Shown: in pieces, positions 39,073 to 48,825 of the stretch
How the letters are laid out: each line of letters begins with the position of its first letter
How positions within the stretch are numbered: position 1 is the first letter of the stretch
Assembly (NCBI GenBank): GCA_964291655.2
Contig: OZ219802.1
Coordinates: 2,464,001 to 2,528,000 of the forward strand
DNA from: Chloroflexota bacterium
GTDB lineage: Bacteria; Chloroflexota; UBA11872; VXOZ01
Direction of reading: 5' to 3'
Length of the DNA: 64,000 nucleotides
Translations under genes and position numbers: made by a program
The notes under the pieces: model-generated
What the model was told of the DNA's origin: nothing
The model's input: the letters and a program-made list of their open reading frames with translations, nothing else
Database searches by the model: none

Positions 39073-39612
39073 ATGATGAATCGCGCCTTAGCAATCCTCG
39101 TGATACTGCTCTTAACTATCGCTGCGCTCGGCTGCGGAGACCCCACGGCAGAGCTGTTGGAAGGCATGGCCACGGGCGTTGCGTCAGATGAAGAAATGCC
39201 TCTTGAATATGAGGCGGAGCTTTGCCACAATGCGGCGCGCATCCGTGTGCTGGTCGCCGATACGCCGTCAGAGCGGGCGGCGGGGCTAAGTGGCTACGCT
39301 GGACTGCCGGAGGATTCGGGCATGCTATTCGTTCTTGCGGAACCCCAACAGCCGTCGTTCTGGATGAAGGGCATGCTGTTTGCTCTAGACATAATCTGGA
39401 TACGCGACGGTACCGTGGTGCAGATACATGCCGCAGTCCCGCCCGCACCAAAGGACACACCTGACGACCAACTGCCGCGCTACCGTCCCGACGAGCCAAT
39501 CACCCACGTGCTGGAACTCACCGCTGGCTCGGCGGCGCGCTATGGGATATCCGTCGGCGACCACATAGCGCTCTGTTCGGACGAAACTCCTACTGCCGGC
39601 AACGGCGGCTGA
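39073..39612 (+). CDS. DUF192-domain lipoprotein
   Basis: Lipobox ALGC; 'ER..GL....GMLF....FWMKGM.FALDIIWI...VLEL.AG'. Confidence 0.88.
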   Translation: MMNRALAILVILLLTIAALGCGDPTAELLEGMATGVASDEEMPLEYEAELCHNAARIRVLVADTPSERAAGLSGYAGLPEDSGMLFVLAEPQQPSFWMKGMLFALDIIWIRDGTVVQIHAAVPPAPKDTPDDQLPRYRPDEPITHVLELTAGSAARYGISVGDHIALCSDETPTAGNGG

Positions 39613-39693
39613 AGAGGCGGGTTCCGGGTAAGGCGCAATTTCGGCTGCATCGCAGGTCGATCTACCGTCAGGTCCAACTCCTAGCAGGTCAGC

Positions 39694-39716
39694 CGCAGGT
39701 TGCAAACCTGCGCTAC
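39694..39716 (-). repeat. Intact GTAG-REP of a second family (GTAGCGCAGGTTTGCAACCTGCG)
   Basis: Uninterrupted version of the palindrome that is interrupted at 25381-25426. Confidence 0.75.
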
Positions 39717-39865
39717 CGGATGCTGCGATGAACAGAGATTTGTCAGGAGTCTTCATTCAGGCATCGGATCAGCAGAGCTTGAGTACATGTTGCCGGGTTG
39801 GGCAAGACAATTCGCAATGCGGGTGGTCATTCTCGGCGGTCTGCGGCAAATGGCGCGTTCTGTGT

Positions 39866-40429
39866 CTATTCTGGGGAAAGCGCATCTTTGGAGAGCACGT
39901 CATCAGCTCCGGCCTGGTGGTTGGCGAGGCGGGCGAGGGTGAAGAGCAGGTCGGAGAGGCGGTTGAGGTAGATGAGGATGGGTGTGGAGAGTTCTTCCTC
40001 TTGGGCGAGGGCCACAGCGATCCGTTCGGCGCGGCGGCAGACGGCGCGGGCAAAATGAAGCGCGGCGGCTGCGGGCGTGCCGCCCGGGAGCACGAAGTCA
40101 GTCAAGGAAGGGAGTTGCGCGTCCACTTCATCGATGGCTGTTTCTAAGGCTTTCCCATGTGCCGGTGTGATGCGGGGGATGGTGTAGGCCCGTGGCTCCT
40201 GCGGCGTAGCGACGTCCGCGCCCATGATGAAGAGCTCGCTCTGGATGCGCTGGAGCAGGCCGGAAAACTCGGCCTGTGCACTCGGCAGGTGTACTATCGC
40301 CATTCCCAGCACAGCGCTGAGTTCATCGATGGTGCCGATGAGTTCCATGCGCAGGGCGTGCTTTTGTACACGCTCGCCGCCAAAGAGGGACGTGGTGCCG
40401 TCGTCACCGCCGCCGGTGTAGATTGGCAT
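39866..40429 (-). CDS. pduO: Cob(I)alamin adenosyltransferase, PduO type
   Basis: IYTGGGDDGTT, GTIDEL, FVLPGG, RAVCRRAER and YLNRLSDLLF motifs. Confidence 0.93.
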   Translation of the reverse strand: MPIYTGGGDDGTTSLFGGERVQKHALRMELIGTIDELSAVLGMAIVHLPSAQAEFSGLLQRIQSELFIMGADVATPQEPRAYTIPRITPAHGKALETAIDEVDAQLPSLTDFVLPGGTPAAAALHFARAVCRRAERIAVALAQEEELSTPILIYLNRLSDLLFTLARLANHQAGADDVLSKDALSPE

Positions 40430-40507
40430 TGAACTGCCGGCCTCCTGAGCCGGTCCCCGCTAACGCGCCTAGGCCAGATGGTGATTCCACCTGGTTCGCG
40501 CAACTTC

Positions 40508-40844
40508 CCGTTCGTGCTGAGCTTGCCTGTCCTGAGCCTGCCGAAGGGTCGAAGTACTGACAGCGAGACGCGTCGGCACGTCAAGATTTGCTTCTGGCAT
40601 CACATCACCCCGCCAGTCGTGAATGGGACTAGCGTGCTCTGTAAGAGCGCTTTCTTACCAGCGGTGGCCCTTCGATCGGTGGCCCTTCGACAGGCTCAGG
40701 GCGAACGGCTATGGGTTGTGCCACTTGCCCTTCGACAGGCCTGTACTAAGCTTGCCGAAGTGCTGAGGGCGAACGGTTGTGGGTTGTGCCATTTGCCCTG
40801 CGACAGGCCTGTACTGAGCTTGCCGAAGTGCTCAGGGCCAACGG
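40508..40844. repeat. Cluster of CTTCGACAGGCTCAG-family repeats with nested 23-bp insertions
   Basis: Uninterrupted host at 40683-40708; interrupted hosts with inserts at 40526-40548, 40740-40762 and 40808-40830. Confidence 0.88.
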
Positions 40845-40948
40845 CTATGAGCTATTGCAGACAGAGAGCCTCATTGGGCGGATAGGTTTACGCTGCTCCT
40901 GCCATTCAGTTGTTCATGCAAGAGTTTATTGCCCCAACCGATTAGTCG

Positions 40949-41866
40949 TTATTCCGTCGCGGCTGCACGCAGCATGTCGCGCATGCGATGCACCAGGGCG
41001 AGTCCCTCGTCCCACGGCCGTTGAAAGCAGTTGCGGCCGAAAATGAAGCCGGTAGCACCGGACTGCACGGCGAGGCGGGCCTTTGCCAAGGCTTCCTCAT
41101 CACTGGCGCGCGAACTGCCTGAGATCAGCACCAGCGTCTTTCCCGCCGACTGCACCGCCTTGGCCAACGCCTCGTCGGGCGTGACTTCCATCGTGTTGTA
41201 GGGAGCAGGTGAGAGTTTGTCCCTTTCAAGATCTATCTTGGGAATGTTGATCTTCACCACGTCGGCGCCAAGTTCGCACGCCACGCGCGCCGCGTAATCG
41301 ATGGCGTAGAAGCTGTCGCGGCCGCCTTTGGCCTCCATGTGCTGGCCGCGGGGATACGCCCACATGATGGTCGGCATGCCGAAGCGGTCGGCGTCTTGCC
41401 GCACCTGCCGCCACTGGGCGAAGTCTTCATCCTGGCGCGACGAGCCCATGTAAAGGGTGTAGCCAATGGCGTCGGCGCCGATGCGCACGGCATCTTCGAC
41501 CGTGGCATTGAGCGGATTGAGCGGGTCGTCGTCGGGCGGAATGTTAGTCTTGCCGTTGAGTTTCACCACCAGCGGCACCCGACCGGCATATGGACGCATG
41601 TACTTCAATGCGTTGCCGTACTGCAAGGCCACGCCCGAGAACCCGCCTTCCACCGCCAGCCGCCAGATGTAGTCGGGATCGAGCGCATCCGGATTGTCAA
41701 AGAAGTCGACCGGCCCGTGCTCCATGCCGTGGTCTACCGGCAGGAGCATCATGGTGCCGTTGCCGGGACCGTAGCCGTAGAGCAGGCGCTGCAAGCGCAC
41801 GTACTTTCCAGGACTTAGCTCTAGGTCGTCCAGCGTGACCCGCTGCTTTGTCATTTTATTTGCCAA
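40949..41866 (-). CDS. fbaB: Class I (DhnA/FbaB-type) fructose-bisphosphate aldolase
   Basis: DHGMEHGP, VKLNGKT, WAYPRG, ELGADVVK and IFGRN motifs. Confidence 0.9.
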   Translation of the reverse strand: MANKMTKQRVTLDDLELSPGKYVRLQRLLYGYGPGNGTMMLLPVDHGMEHGPVDFFDNPDALDPDYIWRLAVEGGFSGVALQYGNALKYMRPYAGRVPLVVKLNGKTNIPPDDDPLNPLNATVEDAVRIGADAIGYTLYMGSSRQDEDFAQWRQVRQDADRFGMPTIMWAYPRGQHMEAKGGRDSFYAIDYAARVACELGADVVKINIPKIDLERDKLSPAPYNTMEVTPDEALAKAVQSAGKTLVLISGSSRASDEEALAKARLAVQSGATGFIFGRNCFQRPWDEGLALVHRMRDMLRAAATE

Positions 41867-42076
41867 GACAGCCCCCCTTTAAGTTTTCGCCGTGAAGGCT
41901 CTGTAAGTTTACCAATTGCCCAACTCACCGAATATGAGTCTTTCCTCACCATCGTTATGCGACCCTTGGAAATTGTACCGCTTATGCTGGAAATTGCGAG
42001 GCATTACTGCTGTACGTTCCGGCTGGACTTTCCCATTAGAGCCCATGCGCAGCGCCAAGCGGGACTCGGAGTGAAG

Positions 42077-42496
42077 CTATGCGCCCGGAAGCGGCAGGTG
42101 TTTCAAGCGATGATACCTCAAAGCGAGTGAGACACAGTGCTTCAATGCATCCACCGGTAGCTCGTCGGTTTTGCGAAATACGATAGCCCTGTTCCCCTCG
42201 AACGTAAAGAGGTCGCTGTAGAGTGCATTAAACGTATCATCCAACGATGTGTTGCAGTTGAAGTACAGCGCGTACTGGTGTGGCGACTTCTGCTTCCAGT
42301 CCATTCTAATTGTGCTGCCGCCTGTGGTGAGGTAGCTCGGCTCGCCCCACTTTAGGGATTCTTCCACGGCAGCAACGCCCTCTGTTTCTGCTGCCGCTGC
42401 AAAGACGATCTGCCTAAGCCGCAGCATTTTCTTGCGCATAGACTCCGGGTAACGGTCGAATACTCGCGCTACATTGGGATCTTCGATTCTGTCCAT
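42077..42496 (-). CDS. DUF1801 (YdhG-like) protein
   Basis: 'EESLKWGEPSY...GSTIRMDWK...ALYFNC.T..FEGNRAI'. Confidence 0.85.
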   Translation of the reverse strand: MDRIEDPNVARVFDRYPESMRKKMLRLRQIVFAAAAETEGVAAVEESLKWGEPSYLTTGGSTIRMDWKQKSPHQYALYFNCNTSLDDTFNALYSDLFTFEGNRAIVFRKTDELPVDALKHCVSLALRYHRLKHLPLPGA

Positions 42497-42598
42497 GCCC
42501 GATGGCAAAGTCCTTTTTCGCATCCCGCTTTCACTCATACGGAGTGAGGACAAAGAAGCCGTACCCTCCGGCAATGAAGGAACGGCCGTCGCAAACTC

Positions 42599-43450
42599 TT
42601 AGAGCGTTGCGTGTTGCCTCACTGCTGCTTCCAACCGCGCCAGAGACTCCGCAGGCACGCAAATTGCGCCTAGTTCCGCTTGGGTTAGAATGCCGCCGCC
42701 GTGAAAGTCGCTGCCGCCGGTGGGGATCAAGTCGAAGCGCGCCGCCATGATCAGGATGTCGGCACGCTGCTCCGCCCCATATCCGGTGTAGTACGTTTCG
42801 ATGGCGTCGAGGCCGGCCTCTGCAAGCTCGGGTACGAGTTCATCCAAGTCCACCTGGTCCGCCCCTTCCACGTTATACGGATGCGCCAGCCCGGCGGCGG
42901 CCCCGGCGCGGTGAAGGAGCTCGACGGCTTCAACCGGCGTGAGCTTCGGTTGCTCCACGTAGGCCGGCATGCCGTGTCCAAGAAATTTGTCAAAGGCTTC
43001 GTTAGCATCGTTCACGTAGCCCTGAGCCAGCATGGCTTTGGCTATGTGTGGGCGTCCCACGGCGCCCCCGTCCGCATCTGCGAGGATTTCCTCCCATACG
43101 AGCGGCATTTCGAGCGCGGCCAGTTTTTCAACTATTTTCTGCGCGCGGTAGAGCCGCCCGTCGCGTTGCCGGGCAACGACTGCCTGCAACTCCGGGTGCT
43201 CCGTGTCCACGAAATAGCCGAGAATGTGCACGGACTGGCCGTGCCACATGGTGTTAAACTCTATCCCCGCGATCACGCGCACGCCGCAATTCTGTCCGGC
43301 CTCCTGCGCGGCGGCGACGCCATCAGTGCTGTCGTGGTCGGTGATGGCGATGCAGTCGAGCCCGGCTTCATGCGCCATGCCCACGAGTTCAGCAGGCGCG
43401 AACGCGCCATCGGAGGCGGTGGTGTGCAGGTGGAGATCAATGCCGGGCAT
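42599..43450 (-). CDS. PHP-domain phosphoesterase (TrpH/YciV-like)
   Basis: DLHLHTTASDG, ITDHD, GRPHIA, AHP and GGSDFHG motifs. Confidence 0.93.
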   Translation of the reverse strand: MPGIDLHLHTTASDGAFAPAELVGMAHEAGLDCIAITDHDSTDGVAAAQEAGQNCGVRVIAGIEFNTMWHGQSVHILGYFVDTEHPELQAVVARQRDGRLYRAQKIVEKLAALEMPLVWEEILADADGGAVGRPHIAKAMLAQGYVNDANEAFDKFLGHGMPAYVEQPKLTPVEAVELLHRAGAAAGLAHPYNVEGADQVDLDELVPELAEAGLDAIETYYTGYGAEQRADILIMAARFDLIPTGGSDFHGGGILTQAELGAICVPAESLARLEAAVRQHATL

Positions 43451-43574
43451 GAGCCGCAACAGAGATGCTTGATAGGTGTGAAGTCATTGTGTGGCGCTGC
43501 TCAGTCATACTTTCCCTATAATACACTACGGCCTGCCGCCAAAGTATGTGCATATGCAGAGAGGTTTTCGCGCG

Positions 43575-44225
43575 ATGTCGGAGTTTTGGGAGGAGCGCTA
43601 TGCTGCTGAAGGCGCCATTTGGGGTGACCGGCCTAGCAAGTCGGTAGAGCGTGCCCACGCGCTATTTGGGCAGCATGGCAGCCAAACCCTTCTGATCCCC
43701 GGCAGCGGCTATGGGCGTAACGCCCAATTCTTCGCGGACACTGGCTATGACGTGACGGGCATTGAGGTATCCGAGACCGCCCTCGCTATCGCACAGTCCC
43801 AAAGTCCCGGCTGCCGCTACACTCACGCCTCCGTTTTGGATGATGTCCTGACTGGCGAGACTTTTGACGGCATTTACTGCTTCAACGTCCTCCACCTCTT
43901 TCTGGCCGCGGAACGGCGAGATATGATCCGCCGCTGCCAGCGCTGGTTGCGTCCGGGTGGCTTGGCTTTCTTTATGGTCTTCTCGGAGAAAGAGGCAACG
44001 TACGGAAAAGGCAAAGCAGTCGAACCGGAGACATTCGAGACCCGTCCCGGACGGCCCGCGCACTATTTCACTGATGGAGATCTCCGTGCACACTTTGCCG
44101 ATTACTTGATCCTTGAAACTGATTTGATTGCGGACCCGGAAGACCACAGCCCGGAAGGTCCGCATGTGCACGAACTGCGCTACATCTGTGGTATGAAGCC
44201 GCAGCGGGACACTGGGCGGAGGTAA
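43575..44225 (+). CDS. Class I SAM-dependent methyltransferase
   Basis: 'FWEERY', 'PGSGYGRNA' and 'LRPGG' motifs. Confidence 0.88.
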   Translation: MSEFWEERYAAEGAIWGDRPSKSVERAHALFGQHGSQTLLIPGSGYGRNAQFFADTGYDVTGIEVSETALAIAQSQSPGCRYTHASVLDDVLTGETFDGIYCFNVLHLFLAAERRDMIRRCQRWLRPGGLAFFMVFSEKEATYGKGKAVEPETFETRPGRPAHYFTDGDLRAHFADYLILETDLIADPEDHSPEGPHVHELRYICGMKPQRDTGRR

Positions 44226-44484
44226 GGCAAGCGCAAAGTCCTGCAGCCAGTCCGTTGGCGAGCCCCGCTGACCCAAGCGGGTTCACACCAGTACCTTCTG
44301 GGACAGATTCGTAGGCGGGCTTCTTTCGTTTCGCATTCTGTGCCACGGCTCGCGGTAGGGCAGGCGACAGTTTCGGGTGACTCAGTCGTCTCGTCTGGAG
44401 GCTATGGCAGACTCGCCCTATAGAGCCCATTGAAAGAAGGGAAAAGGTTGTCAAGCGCTTGTCTCCACGGCAAGCTCTTGCGCA

Positions 44485-46299
44485 TTAGCAGAACGGCAGG
44501 CCCAACTCTTCGAAGTCGTTGTAACGTAAGTCACTCAGCACGTCTGGTACGCAACCGCTGAGGTCGTTGCCAGAGAGGCGCAGCCGCACCAGGTTGGACA
44601 GTTGGCCCAGCTCGGGTGGGACCGCTCCACTCAAATGGTTTTCCTCGAGATCCAGCCATGTCAGGTTGGAAAGGTGGCCGAGTTCACTGGGCATCTCTCC
44701 GCTCAACTGGTTTCTATCGAGACCCAGCCGTTTCAGGTTGGCGAGTTGGCCTAGTTCAGCCGGAATCACTCCGCTCAGTTCATTGCGGGAGAGCATCAAC
44801 TCTTCTAAGTTTGCGAGTTGGCCCAGTTCAGCCGGTATCGCTCCGCTCAATTCGTTGCGAGAAAGAGTTAACTCCGCCAAGTTGGCGAGTCGGCCTAATT
44901 CAGCCGGTATGTCACCACTCAGGTTGTTGTCTGAGAGGAGCAGGTCTGTCAGATTGGCGAGTTGGCCTAGTTCAGCCGGTACCACTCCACTCAATTCGTT
45001 GCGAGTGAGGGTCAGCTCCACCAAATTAGAAAGTTGGCCCAGATCAGCAGGTATCGCTCCGCTTAAGTCGTTGCTATCGAGGGTCAGAATTACCAGGTTG
45101 GCGAGTTGGCCTAGTTCAGCCGGTATTGCTCCACTCAGCTTGTTGCGAGAGAGGGTTAACTCCATTAAGTTAGAGAGCTGGCCCAGTTCAGCGGTTATCG
45201 CTCCGCTCAAGTCGTTGCTTACAAGGGTCAGAATTACCAGGTTGGAGAGCTGGCCCAGTTCCGCCGGTATCTCCCCGCTCAGATCGTTGGATTCGAGATA
45301 CAACTCCCTCAGATTGGAGAGTTGACCTAGCTCAGCCGGAATCTCCCCGCTTAACTCGTTGTCAGTGAGATGCAGCCCTTCCAGGTTGGAGAGTTGACCC
45401 AACTCAGCCGGCATCACTCCACTCAGACCGTTTTCTTCGAGGTCCAAGCCCACCAGATTGGAGAGTTGGCCTAGTCCAGCCGGAATCTCCCCGCTTAAGT
45501 CGTTGCGCGCGAGGTGCAGGCGGGTCAAGTTGGAGAGTTGGCCCAGTGCGGCCGGAATTTCTCCGCTCAAGTCATTGTCGGAGAGGAGCAGTTCCTTCAG
45601 ATTGGTGAGTTGGCCCAGTTCGACCGGAATCTCCCCGCTTAACTCGTTGTCAGTGAGATTCAGTTCCTCTAGGTCGGAGAGTTTACTCAACTCGGCCGGA
45701 ATCTCTCCGCGAATCGGATTTGCATAGGCAACGCTGTGCCAGAAATCCCTGTGCAGGAACAGACGTTTCAGTTTTGAGAGTTGACCCAGTTCAGCCGGTA
45801 TCTCGCCGCCCACCCGGTTATTCTGGAGTCGCAACTCGGTTACACGCCCGAGGTCGTCTGTAATAACGCCGTACCATTCGCTCAGAGGCTTGTCGCTCAG
45901 CCAATTGTCGTTGTTTACCCAATCGGGGCCGTCTGTGGCGTTGTAGAGAGCAACCAGCACTTTTCTGTCCGGCTCAGAGGAAACCTGGTTGGGCACAGCG
46001 GTAGCAGTGGGCGCAGGCTCGGCCGTAGCCGTGGGTTCAGGCATAGCGGTAGCAGTGGGGACGGGCGTTGCCGTAGCTTCCGGTGTTGCCGCAGTCGTTG
46101 GCGTTGGTACAGGGGAGGGTTCGAGCGTTGCAGTTGCAGTGGGTTCGCGCGTGGCCGCGCCCTTTTCCGTTGCGGGTGGGGACGCAACCGGGTCAGCGGT
46201 GGGCGATTCCGAAGGCTCGTCCCCGCCGCAGGCCAGGAGAGCCAAAGACAGCCCCATCACAAGGGCAAGTACAGCGAGCCACTTGGTCATCCGCCCCAT
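44485..46299 (-). CDS. Lipoprotein with PT-rich stalk and 18 plant-type 24-aa leucine-rich repeats
   Basis: Lipobox LLAC; PTATA linker; cap 'DR.VLVALYNATDGPDW..WYGV'; repeats NLxxLxLxxNxLSGxIPAELGQLS; C-cap 'GCVP...LGLPFC'. Confidence 0.92.
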   Translation of the reverse strand: MGRMTKWLAVLALVMGLSLALLACGGDEPSESPTADPVASPPATEKGAATREPTATATLEPSPVPTPTTAATPEATATPVPTATAMPEPTATAEPAPTATAVPNQVSSEPDRKVLVALYNATDGPDWVNNDNWLSDKPLSEWYGVITDDLGRVTELRLQNNRVGGEIPAELGQLSKLKRLFLHRDFWHSVAYANPIRGEIPAELSKLSDLEELNLTDNELSGEIPVELGQLTNLKELLLSDNDLSGEIPAALGQLSNLTRLHLARNDLSGEIPAGLGQLSNLVGLDLEENGLSGVMPAELGQLSNLEGLHLTDNELSGEIPAELGQLSNLRELYLESNDLSGEIPAELGQLSNLVILTLVSNDLSGAITAELGQLSNLMELTLSRNKLSGAIPAELGQLANLVILTLDSNDLSGAIPADLGQLSNLVELTLTRNELSGVVPAELGQLANLTDLLLSDNNLSGDIPAELGRLANLAELTLSRNELSGAIPAELGQLANLEELMLSRNELSGVIPAELGQLANLKRLGLDRNQLSGEMPSELGHLSNLTWLDLEENHLSGAVPPELGQLSNLVRLRLSGNDLSGCVPDVLSDLRYNDFEELGLPFC

Positions 46300-46479
46300 T
46301 TGTGCATCTCCGATCTTGAGGACGACCTGCGGGTCAGTTCCTCCTACTTCCGTTGCGTCGCCTCAGCCCTGCGTCGTCCTACGCACAGGGGGCCACATGC
46401 TAACCCTGAAACCGGATGGTTCAGGAGCGGGTCACCAGAAACCTGTAGCCGCGAGGGAGCGCGCGCGCTCCGTCCACTG

Positions 46480-47277
46480 TCAATTGCAGACATTGACGTC
46501 GCGCTCCAACTCAGCTTCGAGTTGCTCCTCAAGCGCCAGGCACGCCTGCCCAGCCTGTTCCGTTAGGTCTTCGCTCTTCTGCTGGACATCGGGGTCTAGC
46601 GGACCAGACTCCAGGGAGTTTATTATGTCCTGGAAGTTGGCAAAATCTTCAAGGCTCTTGATCTCCGTGTCGGTATTCTTCACAGTATCCACATACTCCT
46701 GGATGAATTGCAGTAATGCCCGGTATGCTGCAATGAAGTTGCCGTGGAGGTCGGATAGGTGTTCCGGAGGTCTCAAGCCTGCCACTTCGTCGAGATATTC
46801 ATGGGAAACCCCCAGGATGACGTCATAGAAGCCTATGGTCGCCTGCAGAAGCATTCTTGCGAACTCGCTCACAAACTCAAAGTCCTCCTCCGACCAGGAT
46901 TCGCTGGTTTCAAGCGAGGACACTCGCTCGATCATGTCATTAGGAATGCTGGAAGCGAAGGCCTCGAACGCAGCTTCAATCTCATCATCACCTTCTTCTT
47001 CCAGGCCGGAAGTGGCTTCCTCCAGGGCTTCCGCGTACTCCTGCGTCGTGAGTTCCACGCCCTCCTGCACTTGAGTAACCGGCGTGGGCGTTTCCACCAC
47101 AGCAGGAGTGGGAGTAGCCACTGCAGCAGGGATGGGTGTATCCACTGCAGTGGGAGCGACCGCGACCGTGGACGCCGCAGCAGGCGTGGCCGCGGGACTT
47201 GGATCATCGGAACATCCGATGAGCAGCAGCGCCAAAAGCATCGCTCCCAGCGCAACTAGAGCTTTGAGTATTGGCAA
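46480..47277 (-). CDS. Hypothetical acidic lipoprotein with PT-rich stalk
   Basis: TTG start after GGAGAG; lipobox LIGC; acidic helical domain with two C-terminal Cys. Confidence 0.7.
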   Translation of the reverse strand: MPILKALVALGAMLLALLLIGCSDDPSPAATPAAASTVAVAPTAVDTPIPAAVATPTPAVVETPTPVTQVQEGVELTTQEYAEALEEATSGLEEEGDDEIEAAFEAFASSIPNDMIERVSSLETSESWSEEDFEFVSEFARMLLQATIGFYDVILGVSHEYLDEVAGLRPPEHLSDLHGNFIAAYRALLQFIQEYVDTVKNTDTEIKSLEDFANFQDIINSLESGPLDPDVQQKSEDLTEQAGQACLALEEQLEAELERDVNVCN

Positions 47278-47426
47278 TTTGCTCTCTCCGCTGCAAGGTC
47301 GTATCGACCAGGTTGTGTTGAATCCCCTAGAGTGACTGGCACATATCTCCCGCACTTTGGGCAAATCGCAGCGATTATACGATCATGTGTGCGGCCGGTG
47401 TGAGTCTTCTAAGCTATTGAGAGATA

Positions 47427-47515
47427 GTCTCTAATGTTGGACCATTAGAGACATACCCTATCTATAGTACGTTAGAGTGGTGAGAATCGTACACTCAAGC
47501 GATGAGTGCTGTCAA
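47427..47515 (-). promoter_or_regulatory. Sigma70-type promoter and perfect 10-bp inverted repeat ahead of the two lipoprotein genes
   Basis: Minus strand TTGACA-N18-TACGAT (47515-47486); GTCTCTAATG-N6-CATTAGAGAC at 47427-47452. Confidence 0.5.
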
Positions 47516-47865
47516 ATTTATACCCTGCAGCAACGACGAGTCAGATTACATGACGATACCGATTAAAGGGCTGAACGCATAGAGCGCCGAGATAGCGGAA
47601 ATATCACCTGGATGGAGTGGGACTGCCAGGGAAGAAGCTTTGTCCTCCCAGGCCACAGAATTGCAAGGGGAAGGAAAGGTGACTCTTGCTCAAAGTCCAG
47701 GTTACGCGAAGGTCTCCTCACACTGGAGTGAGGGTTTTGAGACCTATCTTAGTCGGTCCTCATCGAGCCGATTCATAAGATAGCTTCTCGTAGGCGTTCA
47801 AATCTCTGGAGTCTATGTTTGCTGAAGACTCGCTGCCTAATTCCGACGCTACCCTAGAGCCCAAG

Positions 47866-47890
47866 AGCGGGGGACAAGCCCCCGCGCTAC
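47866..47890 (-). repeat. GTAG-REP
   Basis: AGCGGGGGACAAGCCCCCGCGCTAC, identical to the copy at 25506-25530. Confidence 0.85.
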
Positions 47891-47989
47891 AGGAGATCTA
47901 GGGGACTTGGGTTGCATGCGGCTGGAATACGTACCTCTTGCCCTGACCTTGCATGTGCAGTCTCGCACCCCATCAACCCAGATTGACCG

Positions 47990-48760
47990 TTAGTCGCGCC
48001 GGACGGGGACACCTTCCAACAGGCCGGCTTGGTGCATAGACTTCCACTCGCCCATGAAGGTCTCGTTCCACGTGTCGGTGAGGGGGTGCTCCAGCATCTC
48101 CTGGAAGATAGGCCAGAAGATGATGATGCCGTCGGCGCCGTCGCGGAGGGCGGCGTAGGCGGTGTCGACGCTCCGGACAAGAGCGGCGGTGACGAAGGGA
48201 CGGTTTTCCCAGCCTGCGAACATGCGCACGCACTCACGGACGAGTTTGGTCGGATCGCCGCCCATCTGCTTCACCGGCTCGCAGAAGGGGAGCACGTGCG
48301 TAGCGCCCGCCTGAGCGACGACGGCGGCTTGGGGCAACGAGAAGACGGTCGTGCAATAAGTCTCGATGCCCTCCTCCGCCAAGTGCCGAAAGGCTCCCAA
48401 CCCATGTACAGTACAGGGAATCTTGATGATAATCTGATCGGACATGCGCGTAAAGAAGTGGCTGACATCGAGCAGTTCGTCCGTCGAGTGGCCGTCCACC
48501 TCGACGACCACGGGCTTGTCGGTGATGTCGAGATAACGCTGCACGACGTCCGTGATCTGACCGTATTTCTTCACCATGTCGTTGAGGACGACCGTGTTCG
48601 TGACGATACCGGCGGCGCCGCGATCCATCCAGGGCTTGAGGTCCGCGGGATCTCCCGCCAGCCAGATGGCGGGGCCTCTGCCCACCCGCCGGGCTTGCAT
48701 CACGGGCCCGGTTACCACCGGCTCCACAGCGAACGAACTGGTCTTGGAATTGGTTCCCAT
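47990..48760 (-). CDS. Divergent transaldolase/fructose-6-phosphate aldolase family protein
   Basis: 'GIVTN', 'IIIKIPCT' (Schiff-base Lys), 'TTVFS..QA...AQAGA..V.PF' and 'EHPLTD'. Confidence 0.8.
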   Translation of the reverse strand: MGTNSKTSSFAVEPVVTGPVMQARRVGRGPAIWLAGDPADLKPWMDRGAAGIVTNTVVLNDMVKKYGQITDVVQRYLDITDKPVVVEVDGHSTDELLDVSHFFTRMSDQIIIKIPCTVHGLGAFRHLAEEGIETYCTTVFSLPQAAVVAQAGATHVLPFCEPVKQMGGDPTKLVRECVRMFAGWENRPFVTAALVRSVDTAYAALRDGADGIIIFWPIFQEMLEHPLTDTWNETFMGEWKSMHQAGLLEGVPVRRD

Positions 48761-48825
48761 GCTGCGCCTCCAGCGTGTCCTAGTGCGATTGTGCTCAGTT
48801 TTCCCAAAGTATGACACATTTGGGT

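Noticed and set aside
40666-40850. CRISPR-like array
   Set aside because: The spacers are repeated, not unique, and the repeats belong to a dispersed palindrome family.
44540-45850. Non-coding 72-bp tandem array or DGR target
   Set aside because: Explained by LRR coding periodicity; no reverse transcriptase or template repeat was seen.
46380-46430. 6S RNA suggested by the CCTGAA..GGTTCAGG hairpin
   Set aside because: I could not build the long closing stem and central bubble of 6S; kept only as an unexplained hairpin.
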